64,000 nucleotides of DNA from Patescibacteria group bacterium. Its GTDB lineage: Bacteria > Patescibacteriota > Patescibacteriia > Patescibacteriales > UBA12465. The notes below the pieces were generated by a model that saw nothing but the letters and a program-made list of their open reading frames with translations, ran no database searches and had not been told where the DNA came from. Shown one piece after another: positions 36,229-45,119 of the stretch (position 1 is the first letter of the stretch; each line of letters starts with the position of its first letter). Position numbers and translations under genes: made by a program. The stretch lies in assembly GCA_041661685.1 (NCBI GenBank), contig JBAZTY010000002.1, positions 93,126 through 157,125 of the forward strand, given 5' to 3'.

Positions 36229-38583
36229 ATGAAGTTGAAGCTTGATCTAAAATTTTCTAGGAGTTTGTCCGCTGATTTCGGCAGAGAAGTGCTCGACCTT
36301 TTGATCGAGGCCTCCTATCTGGCCGCGATTTTTTTAGTGCCTTTATGGTTCGCGTATTTTTTTCCGACTTATAATATCTTTGAATTCAATAAGCTCATCG
36401 TCTTTAAGATACTAGTTTGGCTCTTATTCCTGTTCACTTCCTTAAAGATAACTTTCTTTTATTCCCGCCTCAGTTTTCCTCTCCGTTCCTTTTTTAAAAA
36501 ATATTGGCTTTGGCCCGCTGTTTTTATCGCCGGCTTGAGCTCGACTCTCCTATTCTCTGATAATCTGCTGCTGAGTTTTTATGGGACCATCGAGAGGCAA
36601 GGCGGATTAATCTCTTATCTGTATTATTTTTTTTGGTTCATTCTGGTCAGCTTCAATCTGTTGACTGTCGATAACCACCTACCGCGAGCAGCTGATAGCA
36701 AGGATAAGAAGATTAGGCGAGTGCTTGCGACCGCTGTCATTTCCGCTGCCTTGGTTTCAGTTTACGGGATCCTTCAGGTCCTTAATATTGATTTTATCAG
36801 CTGGCCTGAAGCGCCTTTCCTGACCCATCGGACTTTCTCTACTTTTGGTCAGCCGAATTTTTTGGCTTCGTGGCTGTTGCTGGTTATTCCTTTGAGCCTT
36901 TATTTAGGCTATAGTTCCCGCCGCTTCTTAGTTAGATTTTTTTATTTTCTAGTGGCCGCCATGGAGATAATCTGCCTGGCTATGACCGGCAGCCGAGGCG
37001 GCCTCTTGGCCTTGTTCTTTGCCGGCGGCCTCTATCTGATTTATTTTTTCTTTACAGCCGCTTGGTCGCGCCGACGGAAGTTCTTTGTCGGAATCTCGTT
37101 TGTTCTGATATCCGTCGTTTCTTTGTTATCGGTCAATAAGATCTGGCCGGGGCGCATAAGCGATATTTTTGATTATAAATCAGGCAGCGTAGGCGCGCGC
37201 GCTAATTTTTATTCGGCCGCCGCTGATGCGATTAGAGAGAGGCCGATATTCGGCCGTGGCTTAGAAAGCGGCAATGATATATTTATTAAGTACTATGAAC
37301 CCGACTGGGCCGTCTATGGCGACGTCGGGCAATCAGCCGACAGGGCACATAATCTCATCTTTGACACGCTTTTAAGCGTCGGATCTTATGGCTTGATACT
37401 CTTTCTCGTCCTTTATTATTTTTTCTTTTCTTTAGCCAAGGATAATATAAAGAAAAAAAACGATCTTCTTTCTTTGGCGCTAGCATTAGGCGCAGCGGCT
37501 TATCTTTTTTCGTTGCTTTTCAGTTTTGCGATTGCCGCCGGAGAAATTTATTTTTGGTTTTTCCTGGCGCTTTTGGCAGTCATTAATCATAAAGCGGATG
37601 GGACTGCGGCCGGTAAAGATTGGGCGGGCTTTTTCGCTAGGTTATTTAGACGTGATCAGGCGAAGATATCAGTGAAGATCTTGATGGCCGCAGCCTTGCT
37701 GACTCTATCTTTCTGGCAGATTTTCAGATCCCTCCAGTCTTTAGCGGCTGATTATTATTTCAATAAGATTTATTTCACGCTGGCTAAGCCGGATTATTTT
37801 ACCGCTCTGACTCTGGACAGTTATCTTAAAGAACAGAGAACTAATCCTATAAATCAGGCCGCTTATGATTATTTTTGGGGCGAAAAGCTGAGCGAGTTTT
37901 ATCCAGCTATCGACGAGCTGGCGATTAAGAAAGTTGTAACGGATAAGATGAGGGAAGTCGAAGCGTCGCTTCCGGACAAAGGTTATAAGAATATGCTGGT
38001 TAAAGCTAAGATAAATAACGCTCTTGGCAATTATACGCTGGCGCAGATTTATCTGGATAGGGTTATAGAAATAGCGCCGCATTGGCCGTTGGCTTATTTG
38101 GAGAGAGGGCGAGCATCGGTCAGTCAGAAAGATTTCCAGAAAGCCTTGGTTGCTTATAATATGGCCCTGCTTAATTTACCCTCGATCACTGACGAACGTC
38201 TTAACTTGCAACACCTGTCTTTAATAAAACGCTATCAGTATTTCATTTATTATAATATCGGCAATATTTATGAACGAGAAAAGAATTATAGCGCGGCTGG
38301 AAAATATTTCCGCCTTGCTTATCAGAGCGATCCAGATGATTATAGCTTGCTGAAAAGGATTGCTGATATGGAATATCGTCTCGGGAATTTGCTGGAAGCG
38401 ATAGCATATACGGAACGCGGATTGATGCGCAATCCGCTTGATTATAGGTGGCATGTCGCCTTAGCGGCTCTATATTATGAAAGTGGCGATCAGAAAAGCG
38501 CGATAAATCATATAGAGCAGGCTTTAATGCTGGCTCCTGATGACCAGGAGATTATTAATCTTAAGAAGTCTTATGGAAAATAA
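36229..38583 (+). CDS. O-antigen ligase (Wzy_C) domain membrane protein with C-terminal TPR repeats
   Basis: Polytopic N-terminal half with MTGSRGGLLALFFAG. The C-terminal ~250 aa are TPR-like (NALGNYTLAQIYLDRVIEIAPHWPLAY .. GNIYEREKNYSAAGKYFRLAYQSDPDD ..). Confidence 0.75.
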   Translation: MKLKLDLKFSRSLSADFGREVLDLLIEASYLAAIFLVPLWFAYFFPTYNIFEFNKLIVFKILVWLLFLFTSLKITFFYSRLSFPLRSFFKKYWLWPAVFIAGLSSTLLFSDNLLLSFYGTIERQGGLISYLYYFFWFILVSFNLLTVDNHLPRAADSKDKKIRRVLATAVISAALVSVYGILQVLNIDFISWPEAPFLTHRTFSTFGQPNFLASWLLLVIPLSLYLGYSSRRFLVRFFYFLVAAMEIICLAMTGSRGGLLALFFAGGLYLIYFFFTAAWSRRRKFFVGISFVLISVVSLLSVNKIWPGRISDIFDYKSGSVGARANFYSAAADAIRERPIFGRGLESGNDIFIKYYEPDWAVYGDVGQSADRAHNLIFDTLLSVGSYGLILFLVLYYFFFSLAKDNIKKKNDLLSLALALGAAAYLFSLLFSFAIAAGEIYFWFFLALLAVINHKADGTAAGKDWAGFFARLFRRDQAKISVKILMAAALLTLSFWQIFRSLQSLAADYYFNKIYFTLAKPDYFTALTLDSYLKEQRTNPINQAAYDYFWGEKLSEFYPAIDELAIKKVVTDKMREVEASLPDKGYKNMLVKAKINNALGNYTLAQIYLDRVIEIAPHWPLAYLERGRASVSQKDFQKALVAYNMALLNLPSITDERLNLQHLSLIKRYQYFIYYNIGNIYEREKNYSAAGKYFRLAYQSDPDDYSLLKRIADMEYRLGNLLEAIAYTERGLMRNPLDYRWHVALAALYYESGDQKSAINHIEQALMLAPDDQEIINLKKSYGK

Positions 38584-39382
38584 AGATATAAATATCTCCG
38601 TCTGTCTGGTAGTCTATAATGAAGAGAAAAATATCCGGCGCTGTTTGGACAGCCTTCACGACGTAGTCGATGAGATTATTGTCGTTCATGACGGAGATTG
38701 TCTGGATAGAACCTTGGACATATGCCAGGAGTATGGAGCGAAAATTTTTATGCGCCCGCATGCTGGCATGATGGAGGCTCATCTTGTCTTTGCGATTGAA
38801 CAGGCCCGGGGGCGGTGGGTGTTAAGAATTGACGCCGATGAGTTCTTATCGGAAGGATTGAAGAGTAATTTAAGAGGATTAATTAAAAAAGCCGAGATTG
38901 AAGGCATAAGCGCGTACTCCTTCCGTTGGCTTGATTATCCTGGCAGGAAATCGGGTAGAGCCAAGAAGCAGAAATCAATTTTATTTAAGAAAGCCGAATT
39001 GTATTGGTTTTCTATGCCTCATCTATCTTGGCAGACAAGAAAGCGCTTGGAAGAATCTAATCTTATCTTAGGGCATGCGCCTAAAGATTATGAGACATCT
39101 GTTTATTGGGATGGTCAGAAGAAATGGGCTTCGATCCAGGCGAGATATATTTTGGAAGATTTTGATAATTTGGATAATTTTCAAGCCTCGAGAGGGGATT
39201 GGCTTAAAGTTTACGGCTTTTCTCGTCGTTATGCCGGATCTCGGTTCTTATCGGTAATGAAATTTTTTAAATCTTTCGGAGAGACTTTTTTGGGAGGGGC
39301 GGGTTTAGAGGAATCGTGGCGTTGCGGTTTGTATAATTTTTATCTAGGGAAATATTTGTATGATCTCGTTCATCATCGTTAA
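38573..39382 (+). CDS. family 2 glycosyltransferase
   Basis: ISVCLVVYNEEKNIRRCLDSL .. IIVVHDGDCLDRT .. RIDADEF (GT-A DxD). The ATG at 38573 is preferred over 38540. Confidence 0.8.
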   Translation: MENKDINISVCLVVYNEEKNIRRCLDSLHDVVDEIIVVHDGDCLDRTLDICQEYGAKIFMRPHAGMMEAHLVFAIEQARGRWVLRIDADEFLSEGLKSNLRGLIKKAEIEGISAYSFRWLDYPGRKSGRAKKQKSILFKKAELYWFSMPHLSWQTRKRLEESNLILGHAPKDYETSVYWDGQKKWASIQARYILEDFDNLDNFQASRGDWLKVYGFSRRYAGSRFLSVMKFFKSFGETFLGGAGLEESWRCGLYNFYLGKYLYDLVHHR

Positions 39383-40151
39383 TTTTAATACAGCTGAAAT
39401 TACGAAGGATTGTATATCCTCTCTTTTATCGAACACTTCCGACAAAGATAGGGAAATAATTATCATTGATAACGCCTCTGTTGATGATAGCCCGGCTATC
39501 TTGAATGCCGCTTTCGGTGGCGCGATAAAACTGATAAGCAACCAGAATAATCTCGGTTTTGCTACAGCTAATAATATCGGCGCGCGTGCGGCCAAGGGTG
39601 ATATTCTTTTTTTCTTGAATAGCGATACTATTGTTGGATCGGATATCATCGGTCCTATAATCAAGGCTTTGGATAATCAGAAGCTGGGCATTGTTGCTCC
39701 GGTGTTGCTTCTAGCAGACGGTCAGAAACAGCCCTTTGCCTACGGCCGTTTTCCAAGATTAGCCTCAGTTATTTTTAATAAGGTATTAGCATTCGATTGT
39801 TCTAGAATAGCCGGACAACTTAAATTAGTTGATTGGGTTAGCGGTGCAGCCCTAGCTATCAGAAAGAGCGTCTTTGAAAAGATCGGCGGCTGGGATGAAA
39901 GATTTTTCTTATATTTTGAAGATGTCGATTTTTGTTGGCGGGCGAAGCAGCGCGGCTTCGAGATAGCTGTCTTAGAAAGCATCTCTATAGTCCATCTTGG
40001 CGGACGTAGTTTAGTAAAGAGTCGGGAAAGAAAGAAACAATATTATCTTGCTCAAGAATATTTTTTTAGAAAGAATTATGGAGCGGTTTCTGCTAATATT
40101 TTAAAGATAATGCGTTGGCCTTATATAATGATAAAAATTTTAACGCGATAA
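39360..40151 (+). CDS. family 2 glycosyltransferase
   Basis: ISFIIVNFNTAEITKDCISSL .. IIIIDNASVDDS .. FLNSDT .. GGWDERFFLYFEDVDFCWRA. Confidence 0.85.
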   Translation: MISFIIVNFNTAEITKDCISSLLSNTSDKDREIIIIDNASVDDSPAILNAAFGGAIKLISNQNNLGFATANNIGARAAKGDILFFLNSDTIVGSDIIGPIIKALDNQKLGIVAPVLLLADGQKQPFAYGRFPRLASVIFNKVLAFDCSRIAGQLKLVDWVSGAALAIRKSVFEKIGGWDERFFLYFEDVDFCWRAKQRGFEIAVLESISIVHLGGRSLVKSRERKKQYYLAQEYFFRKNYGAVSANILKIMRWPYIMIKILTR

Positions 40152-40154
40152 TCT

Positions 40155-40919
40155 ATGACTTTCTTATTCTCTAGCTTCGTTTTCGTCTTCGGCCTAATCA
40201 TCGGCAGCTTCTTGAATTGCCTGATTTGGCGTTTATATAAAGATGAAACTTTAGGTGGCCGTTCTTATTGCCCGAAATGCCGGTACACGATTGCCTGGTA
40301 TGATAATATTCCGCTGCTTAGCTTCCTTTTTCTCAAAGGCCGCTGCCGCCATTGCCACGAGAAGATTTCCTGGCAGTATCCGCTCGTGGAATTCGCTACG
40401 GCTATCTTATTTCTTCTGACTTTTCAAATGGACGCCTTGAATCCGCAATTTTCTTGGCTTCTGATTCGCGATTGGTTCTTGATTATCACGCTCATAATAG
40501 TTTTTGTCTATGACTTTCGCTGGCAACTCGTTCCGGTAAAGGTCGTCTGGTTCATGGGTGCGCTTATCTTGGTATTGAATATCATCCTGGGCGTTTCTTG
40601 GCTGACAGAATTATTCTACGCCTCCCTAGGTGCGGCCTTTTTCTTAATCCAATATTTCTTGACCAAGAAAAAGGGAATCGGCGAAGGAGATATTTGGCTA
40701 GGTGCTTTCCTGGGCGCCGCTTTTCCCGGGTCCTGGCTGTTGCTCCTGATTATGGTCTTGTCTTACGGCCTAGGGTCTATTATCAGCCTGATTCTTATGG
40801 CAGCGGCTAAAAAGAAATGGAAATCACGTATCGCTTTAGGTCCGTTCTTGGTCAGTGGGGCTATTATTACCTTAATTTGGGGCGAAAGGATAATTAGCTG
40901 GTATCTTAACCTGTTTTAA
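40155..40919 (+). CDS. prepilin peptidase (A24 family)
   Basis: The zinc-type Cys pairs CPKCRYTIAWYDNIPLLSFLFLKGRCRHC, eight TM helices and the GIGEGDIWLG Asp motif. Confidence 0.9.
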   Translation: MTFLFSSFVFVFGLIIGSFLNCLIWRLYKDETLGGRSYCPKCRYTIAWYDNIPLLSFLFLKGRCRHCHEKISWQYPLVEFATAILFLLTFQMDALNPQFSWLLIRDWFLIITLIIVFVYDFRWQLVPVKVVWFMGALILVLNIILGVSWLTELFYASLGAAFFLIQYFLTKKKGIGEGDIWLGAFLGAAFPGSWLLLLIMVLSYGLGSIISLILMAAAKKKWKSRIALGPFLVSGAIITLIWGERIISWYLNLF

Positions 40920-40994
40920 GGAGCCGAAAGAATTGTTTAATTTCTATAAATTTTGTATAATATTAACAGCAATTATTTAAAGCAATAAAACGCT

Positions 40995-42257
40995 ATGAAA
41001 GATAATGTTATCGCCGGGCTGGATATCGGCTCTACTTCTATCCGCCTAGTAATAGGCCAGCGGATTGCCGGACCGGCTGGCGATGAACTGCAGATTATCG
41101 GGGCGATCTCCGTTCCGACGGCTGGAGTTAACCGCGGTATCGTCAACAGCATCGAAGAAACAACTTCTTCGATTTCAGCCTGCCTGGAAAAGGCGGAGCG
41201 TCTTGTCGGTGTGCCGATTTCTCGCGTCTGGGTCAGTATCAATGATCCGTATATAAAGTGTGAGCGCTCTAAGGGCGTAGTCGCGGTCGGACGCAGCGAC
41301 GGCGAGATAAATGAGAACGACGTTAATCGGGCGATTGAAGCGGCGCGCGCTTTGGCGGTTCCGGTCAATTATGAAATATTGCATGTCATTCCGATAAAAT
41401 TTGGCGTCGATAACCAGGGAGATGTAAAAGATCCTATCGGCATGAATGGCATCCGTCTCGAAGTAGAAACTCTGATTGTCCAGGGGCTCAGCACGCAGAT
41501 AAAGAATCTGACTAAAGCTATCTATCGTACCGGTTTGGAAATAGAAGACCTCGTCATCGCGCCTCTCGCGGCCGCCGAAGCGGTTCTGAGCACTAAACAG
41601 AAAGAGCTCGGCGTCGCGCTTGTTAATCTCGGCTCCTCGACTACCAGCTTAGCGGTTTATGAAGATCGCAATCTTATCCATACCGCCGTTCTGCCTATCG
41701 GCGCCGAGCATATTACGGCGGATATCGCTATCGGCTTGCGCTGCCCGATAAATCTGGCGGAAAGAATTAAGCGTGAATACGGCACGGCAGCAGCGGAAGA
41801 TGTCGATAAGAAGGATGAGGTCGATGTCAGCCAACTCGTCAAAGAAGAGGAAGTTAATGATGATATTAGTGTCATTTCGCGTAAATACTTAGCGGAGATA
41901 ATCAGCGCGCGCGTCGAAGAGATCTTCGATAAGGTTGATAACGAATTCAAACGCATCGACCGCTCCGGCATGCTTCCGGCGGGAATAATATTTGTCGGCG
42001 GCGGCGCGGAACTTGATGGACTAGTCGAGGCCTCTAAGAAGAAATTGCGCTTGCCGGCCGCTGTCGGCGCGGCTAAGAATATCAACGTCATTATCGATAA
42101 GGTTAAGAGCCCGGAATTCTTGACTGCCTTAGGTCTGGTTATCTGGGGCAGCAAGACTGATATGGTTGGTGGCGGGCATAGTATGGACCTGAAGAAGAAC
42201 CTGAGCGGATTATTAGACAAGACCAAGGGCTTATGGAATAAGATAATGCCCAAATAA
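40995..42257 (+). CDS. ftsA: cell division protein FtsA
   Basis: Actin-fold motifs GLDIGSTSIRLVIG, VALVNLGSSTTSLAVY and IIFVGGGAELDGL, immediately upstream of ftsZ. Confidence 0.93.
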   Translation: MKDNVIAGLDIGSTSIRLVIGQRIAGPAGDELQIIGAISVPTAGVNRGIVNSIEETTSSISACLEKAERLVGVPISRVWVSINDPYIKCERSKGVVAVGRSDGEINENDVNRAIEAARALAVPVNYEILHVIPIKFGVDNQGDVKDPIGMNGIRLEVETLIVQGLSTQIKNLTKAIYRTGLEIEDLVIAPLAAAEAVLSTKQKELGVALVNLGSSTTSLAVYEDRNLIHTAVLPIGAEHITADIAIGLRCPINLAERIKREYGTAAAEDVDKKDEVDVSQLVKEEEVNDDISVISRKYLAEIISARVEEIFDKVDNEFKRIDRSGMLPAGIIFVGGGAELDGLVEASKKKLRLPAAVGAAKNINVIIDKVKSPEFLTALGLVIWGSKTDMVGGGHSMDLKKNLSGLLDKTKGLWNKIMPK

Positions 42258-42281
42258 TTAATATTAATATAGAAGAATCGT

Positions 42282-43472
42282 ATGGCTGAAGTTAAACCAG
42301 AAATCGAGACATTCGCAAAGATAAAAGTAGTCGGCGTCGGCGGCGGCGGCGGAAGCGCTGTCAACCGCATGATCGCTAATGGCATCAAGGGTGTCGGCTT
42401 CGTGGCTATCAATACCGATGTCCAGGCTTTGCATTATAATAAGGCCTCAGAGAAGATCCATATCGGCAAGACCGTGACTAGAGGCTTAGGAGCAGGTATG
42501 AATCCTGACCTAGGCAAGGGCGCGGCTGAAGAGTCTCAGAACGAAATCCGCGAAGTCCTGAAGGATTGCGATATGGTCTTCATTACTTGCGGCTTAGGCG
42601 GTGGCACCGGCTCCGGCGCGTCTCCGATCGTTGCTCAGATCGCTAAGGATCTGGGGGCTTTGACTGTGGCTGTAGTTACCAAGCCGTTTATGTTCGAAGG
42701 CGGACAGCGCAAGAATATCGCCGATCGGGCTTATTCCGAACTGGCCGACAAGGTTGATACGATTATCACTATTTCTAACGATAAATTATTACAGGTAATA
42801 GATAAGAGAACTTCGCTTTTGGACGCTTTTAAGATTGCGGACGATGTCTTGCGCCAGGGCGTCCAGGGAATTGCCGAGATAATTACCGTTCCGGGCATTA
42901 TCAATGCCGATTTCGCCGATGTTAAGGCGGTTATGGCTAATGCCGGTTCCGCTCTCATGGGTATCGGTACTGCTACGGGCGAAAATAAGGCCGTAGAAGC
43001 AGCTAAGGACGCTATTAACTCCAATCTCTTGGATATGTCTATCGACGGCGCCAGAGGCATCGTATTCACGATTACGGGTGGTCCGGACTTGAGTATGACC
43101 GAAGTCAGTGAGGCCGCTAAGGTTATCACTTCCGCGGCTGATGAGGACGCTAAGATCATCTTCGGCGCGGTTGTCGATGAGAAGATGAAAGATTCTATCA
43201 AGATTACGGTCGTGGCGACTGGTTTTGACGGTCATGGCAAGAACCAGAAGAGCGAATCCCTGAAAACTTATACTCCGAATACCTTTATTGCCGAGAAAGA
43301 GAACGAACAGGAGCTCGGTTCGACCCTGAATATCGACAAGAATAAGAATAAATTTTCAGTTTTCAAGAATATCCCGATCAAGCCGGCGCTGGAGAAGAAA
43401 GCAGAGAAGCCGACTATTGATGAAGACGATGATTTGAGCGTCCCGGCCTTTATTCGGAAGAAGATGGGGTAA
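42282..43472 (+). CDS. ftsZ: cell division protein FtsZ
   Basis: IKVVGVGGGGGSAVNRM, the tubulin signature GLGGGTGSGASPIVA, and the C-terminal peptide DDDLSVPAFIRKK. Confidence 0.97.
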   Translation: MAEVKPEIETFAKIKVVGVGGGGGSAVNRMIANGIKGVGFVAINTDVQALHYNKASEKIHIGKTVTRGLGAGMNPDLGKGAAEESQNEIREVLKDCDMVFITCGLGGGTGSGASPIVAQIAKDLGALTVAVVTKPFMFEGGQRKNIADRAYSELADKVDTIITISNDKLLQVIDKRTSLLDAFKIADDVLRQGVQGIAEIITVPGIINADFADVKAVMANAGSALMGIGTATGENKAVEAAKDAINSNLLDMSIDGARGIVFTITGGPDLSMTEVSEAAKVITSAADEDAKIIFGAVVDEKMKDSIKITVVATGFDGHGKNQKSESLKTYTPNTFIAEKENEQELGSTLNIDKNKNKFSVFKNIPIKPALEKKAEKPTIDEDDDLSVPAFIRKKMG

Positions 43473-43497
43473 TCATCGTATAAATTTAGCTTATTTT

Positions 43498-43530
43498 AAA
43501 ACCGCTATTTAAAAGATGGCGGTTTTTGTT
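43498..43530 (+). terminator. probable terminator after ftsZ
   Basis: aaaaccgcta / tggcggtttt stem (43498-43507 and 43517-43526) running into T residues. Confidence 0.5.
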
Positions 43531-43533
43531 GTC

Positions 43534-43562
43534 TTGACGTTTTATTTTAAATATGTTAATAT
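43534..43562 (+). promoter_or_regulatory. sigma70-like promoter for the 274-aa ORF
   Basis: TTGACG (43534-43539), 17-nt spacer, TAATAT (43557-43562). Confidence 0.45.
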
Positions 43563-43626
43563 TTGATGAATTTGTCCTTTTAAAAATGCTGCTAGAGCAA
43601 TTTCTGGCAATCAAAATATAACGATT

Positions 43627-44451
43627 ATGGCTGAATTTAATTTTGAAGAATCTAGAAAAACGTGGGGCAGATACCCGAAGGCGTATCTTGGTCCCAAAAA
43701 TATTTTTGAGCAGATAGCGATGATCGGAGACATCTTCGGACTTAATACGGCCCAAGCCGCGAAATTCGCTAGTAATCTGCCGATTATGCCTGCTGGCGCC
43801 GAAGGATGCTTTGCTATAGCTAAAATATCAGCCTTGGCCCGGAAGCATTTTCCTGATCTTTCTGACCCGCGCGATCAATATTGCGCGGCCGTAAGACTGG
43901 GGTTGAAAGAGTTAGCCGCCAGATGCGATTTTGTCAACACTCTCAGAGGGGAGATACTGGTAGAAGAATTGCATCGTGAACCGCCGTCGTTATTTTCTAT
44001 CACGTCCGAGAAATTGCGTCAGACGGATCTATCGTTGCAGGCCATGGAAATTCTAGAGAAAGAGCAGCCAGGCGATATTCTGATTATTCCCGGGCAATTC
44101 GGCTTGCGATATCAAGATTGTTCCGTTAATAATGCGCTCTGGGCTATGTTTGACAAAGGCAATGAATTCAGCCCTGGCGTATTTGCTGGGATTTGCATGA
44201 ATCTATGCCATTTGGACCGTTATGATTTTAATGATGATCTAGTAGCTGAATTGGACCCAGTTTATGCCGGCGACGAGGTTTCTCGCAATGCCGATGGGAT
44301 ATTTTCAGAAGTACCAAGCTTTTTTGTCTTCCAAGGAGCTCCCGGCCAAAAGAACAGGCTAGTCTTAGGGGCAGATTCTCCGGCTAGCCATGCGCTTGTC
44401 TTCGGGGCAGTTTCGTTCTTTCTGCCGTTAGGCCTGAAAACGGCAAGATAA
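43627..44451 (+). CDS. hypothetical protein (no recognisable family)
   Basis: 274-aa ORF with its own promoter-like element and terminator. Soluble, Cys-containing, no motif I can name. Confidence 0.6.
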   Translation: MAEFNFEESRKTWGRYPKAYLGPKNIFEQIAMIGDIFGLNTAQAAKFASNLPIMPAGAEGCFAIAKISALARKHFPDLSDPRDQYCAAVRLGLKELAARCDFVNTLRGEILVEELHREPPSLFSITSEKLRQTDLSLQAMEILEKEQPGDILIIPGQFGLRYQDCSVNNALWAMFDKGNEFSPGVFAGICMNLCHLDRYDFNDDLVAELDPVYAGDEVSRNADGIFSEVPSFFVFQGAPGQKNRLVLGADSPASHALVFGAVSFFLPLGLKTAR

Positions 44452-44470
44452 AATTATATTTTAGTGTTTT

Positions 44471-44509
44471 AAAGAGGTTCCCGCTTTTAATGAGTGGAAC
44501 CTCTTTTTT
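44471..44509 (+). terminator. rho-independent terminator
   Basis: aaagaggttcc / ggaacctcttt: an 11-bp perfect stem followed by tttta. Confidence 0.75.
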
Positions 44510-44564
44510 ATTATTCTGTGGATAAGTAAGAAAAAATTAATATTTTTCTTGAAAATTAGCTGAA

Positions 44565-44593
44565 TTGACCGGACATTTGAATTTTGCTAAAAT
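44565..44593 (+). promoter_or_regulatory. sigma70-like promoter of the nrdR-nrdD-nrdG operon
   Basis: TTGACC (44565-44570), 17-nt spacer, TAAAAT (44588-44593). Confidence 0.5.
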
Positions 44594-44602
44594 AGCTATA
44601 AG

Positions 44603-44618
44603 ACACAACATTTAGTGG
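44603..44618 (+). promoter_or_regulatory. NrdR box 1
   Basis: acacaacatttagtgg matches 13/16 positions of the NrdR-box consensus as I recall it (acaCwAtATaTwGtgt). It starts 10 nt after the -10 element. Confidence 0.6.
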
Positions 44619-44634
44619 TCGATGTCCTAAAAGG

Positions 44635-44650
44635 CCACAAAATATAGGGT
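44635..44650 (+). promoter_or_regulatory. NrdR box 2
   Basis: ccacaaaatatagggt matches 13/16 positions. Start-to-start distance to box 1 is 32 bp, the phasing typical of tandem NrdR boxes. Confidence 0.6.
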
Positions 44651-44660
44651 TTATCAATAT

Positions 44661-45119
44661 ATGAAATGCCCCATCTGTTATTTCCCAGACACTAAGGTGG
44701 TCGACTCTCGAGTCGCCCCGGACGGGCTGTCTATCCGCCGTCGCCGCGAATGCTTGAAATGTGGCTTTCGTTTCTCGACTTACGAGGAAATTGAGCTGTT
44801 AGATCTGGTTATCATGAAACGGGACGGACGAAGAGAGTCATATAGCCGGGAAAAAATGGTCAGCGGTTTGAAAAAGTCTTGCGAAAAGAGGCCTATTACC
44901 GAAGACCGCTTCAAAAAACTGATTCATTCCATTGAAAGAGACCTGCAACGCCTGAAAAAGACGGAGATAACTTCCCGTCAGATAGGACAAGCCGTGATGA
45001 AGAACTTGAAGAAGGTCGATCCGGTCGCTTATATCCGTTATGCCTCGGTTTATGAATCCTTCAAGGATGCGCATGAATTCCGCAAGGAACTGAATAAGCT
45101 TATAAATGAAAAGAAATAA
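44661..45119 (+). CDS. nrdR: transcriptional repressor NrdR
   Basis: The zinc ribbon MKCPICYFPDTKVVDSR .. RRRRECLKCGFRFSTYE, then an ATP-cone. Confidence 0.96.
   Translation: MKCPICYFPDTKVVDSRVAPDGLSIRRRRECLKCGFRFSTYEEIELLDLVIMKRDGRRESYSREKMVSGLKKSCEKRPITEDRFKKLIHSIERDLQRLKKTEITSRQIGQAVMKNLKKVDPVAYIRYASVYESFKDAHEFRKELNKLINEKK

Noticed and set aside
41657-42412. 251-aa minus-strand ORF spanning the ftsA-ftsZ junction
   Set aside because: It is entirely antisense to two unmistakable genes. Its translation is low-complexity (Ser/Pro/Leu/Ile-rich), as expected from reading a coding strand backwards.
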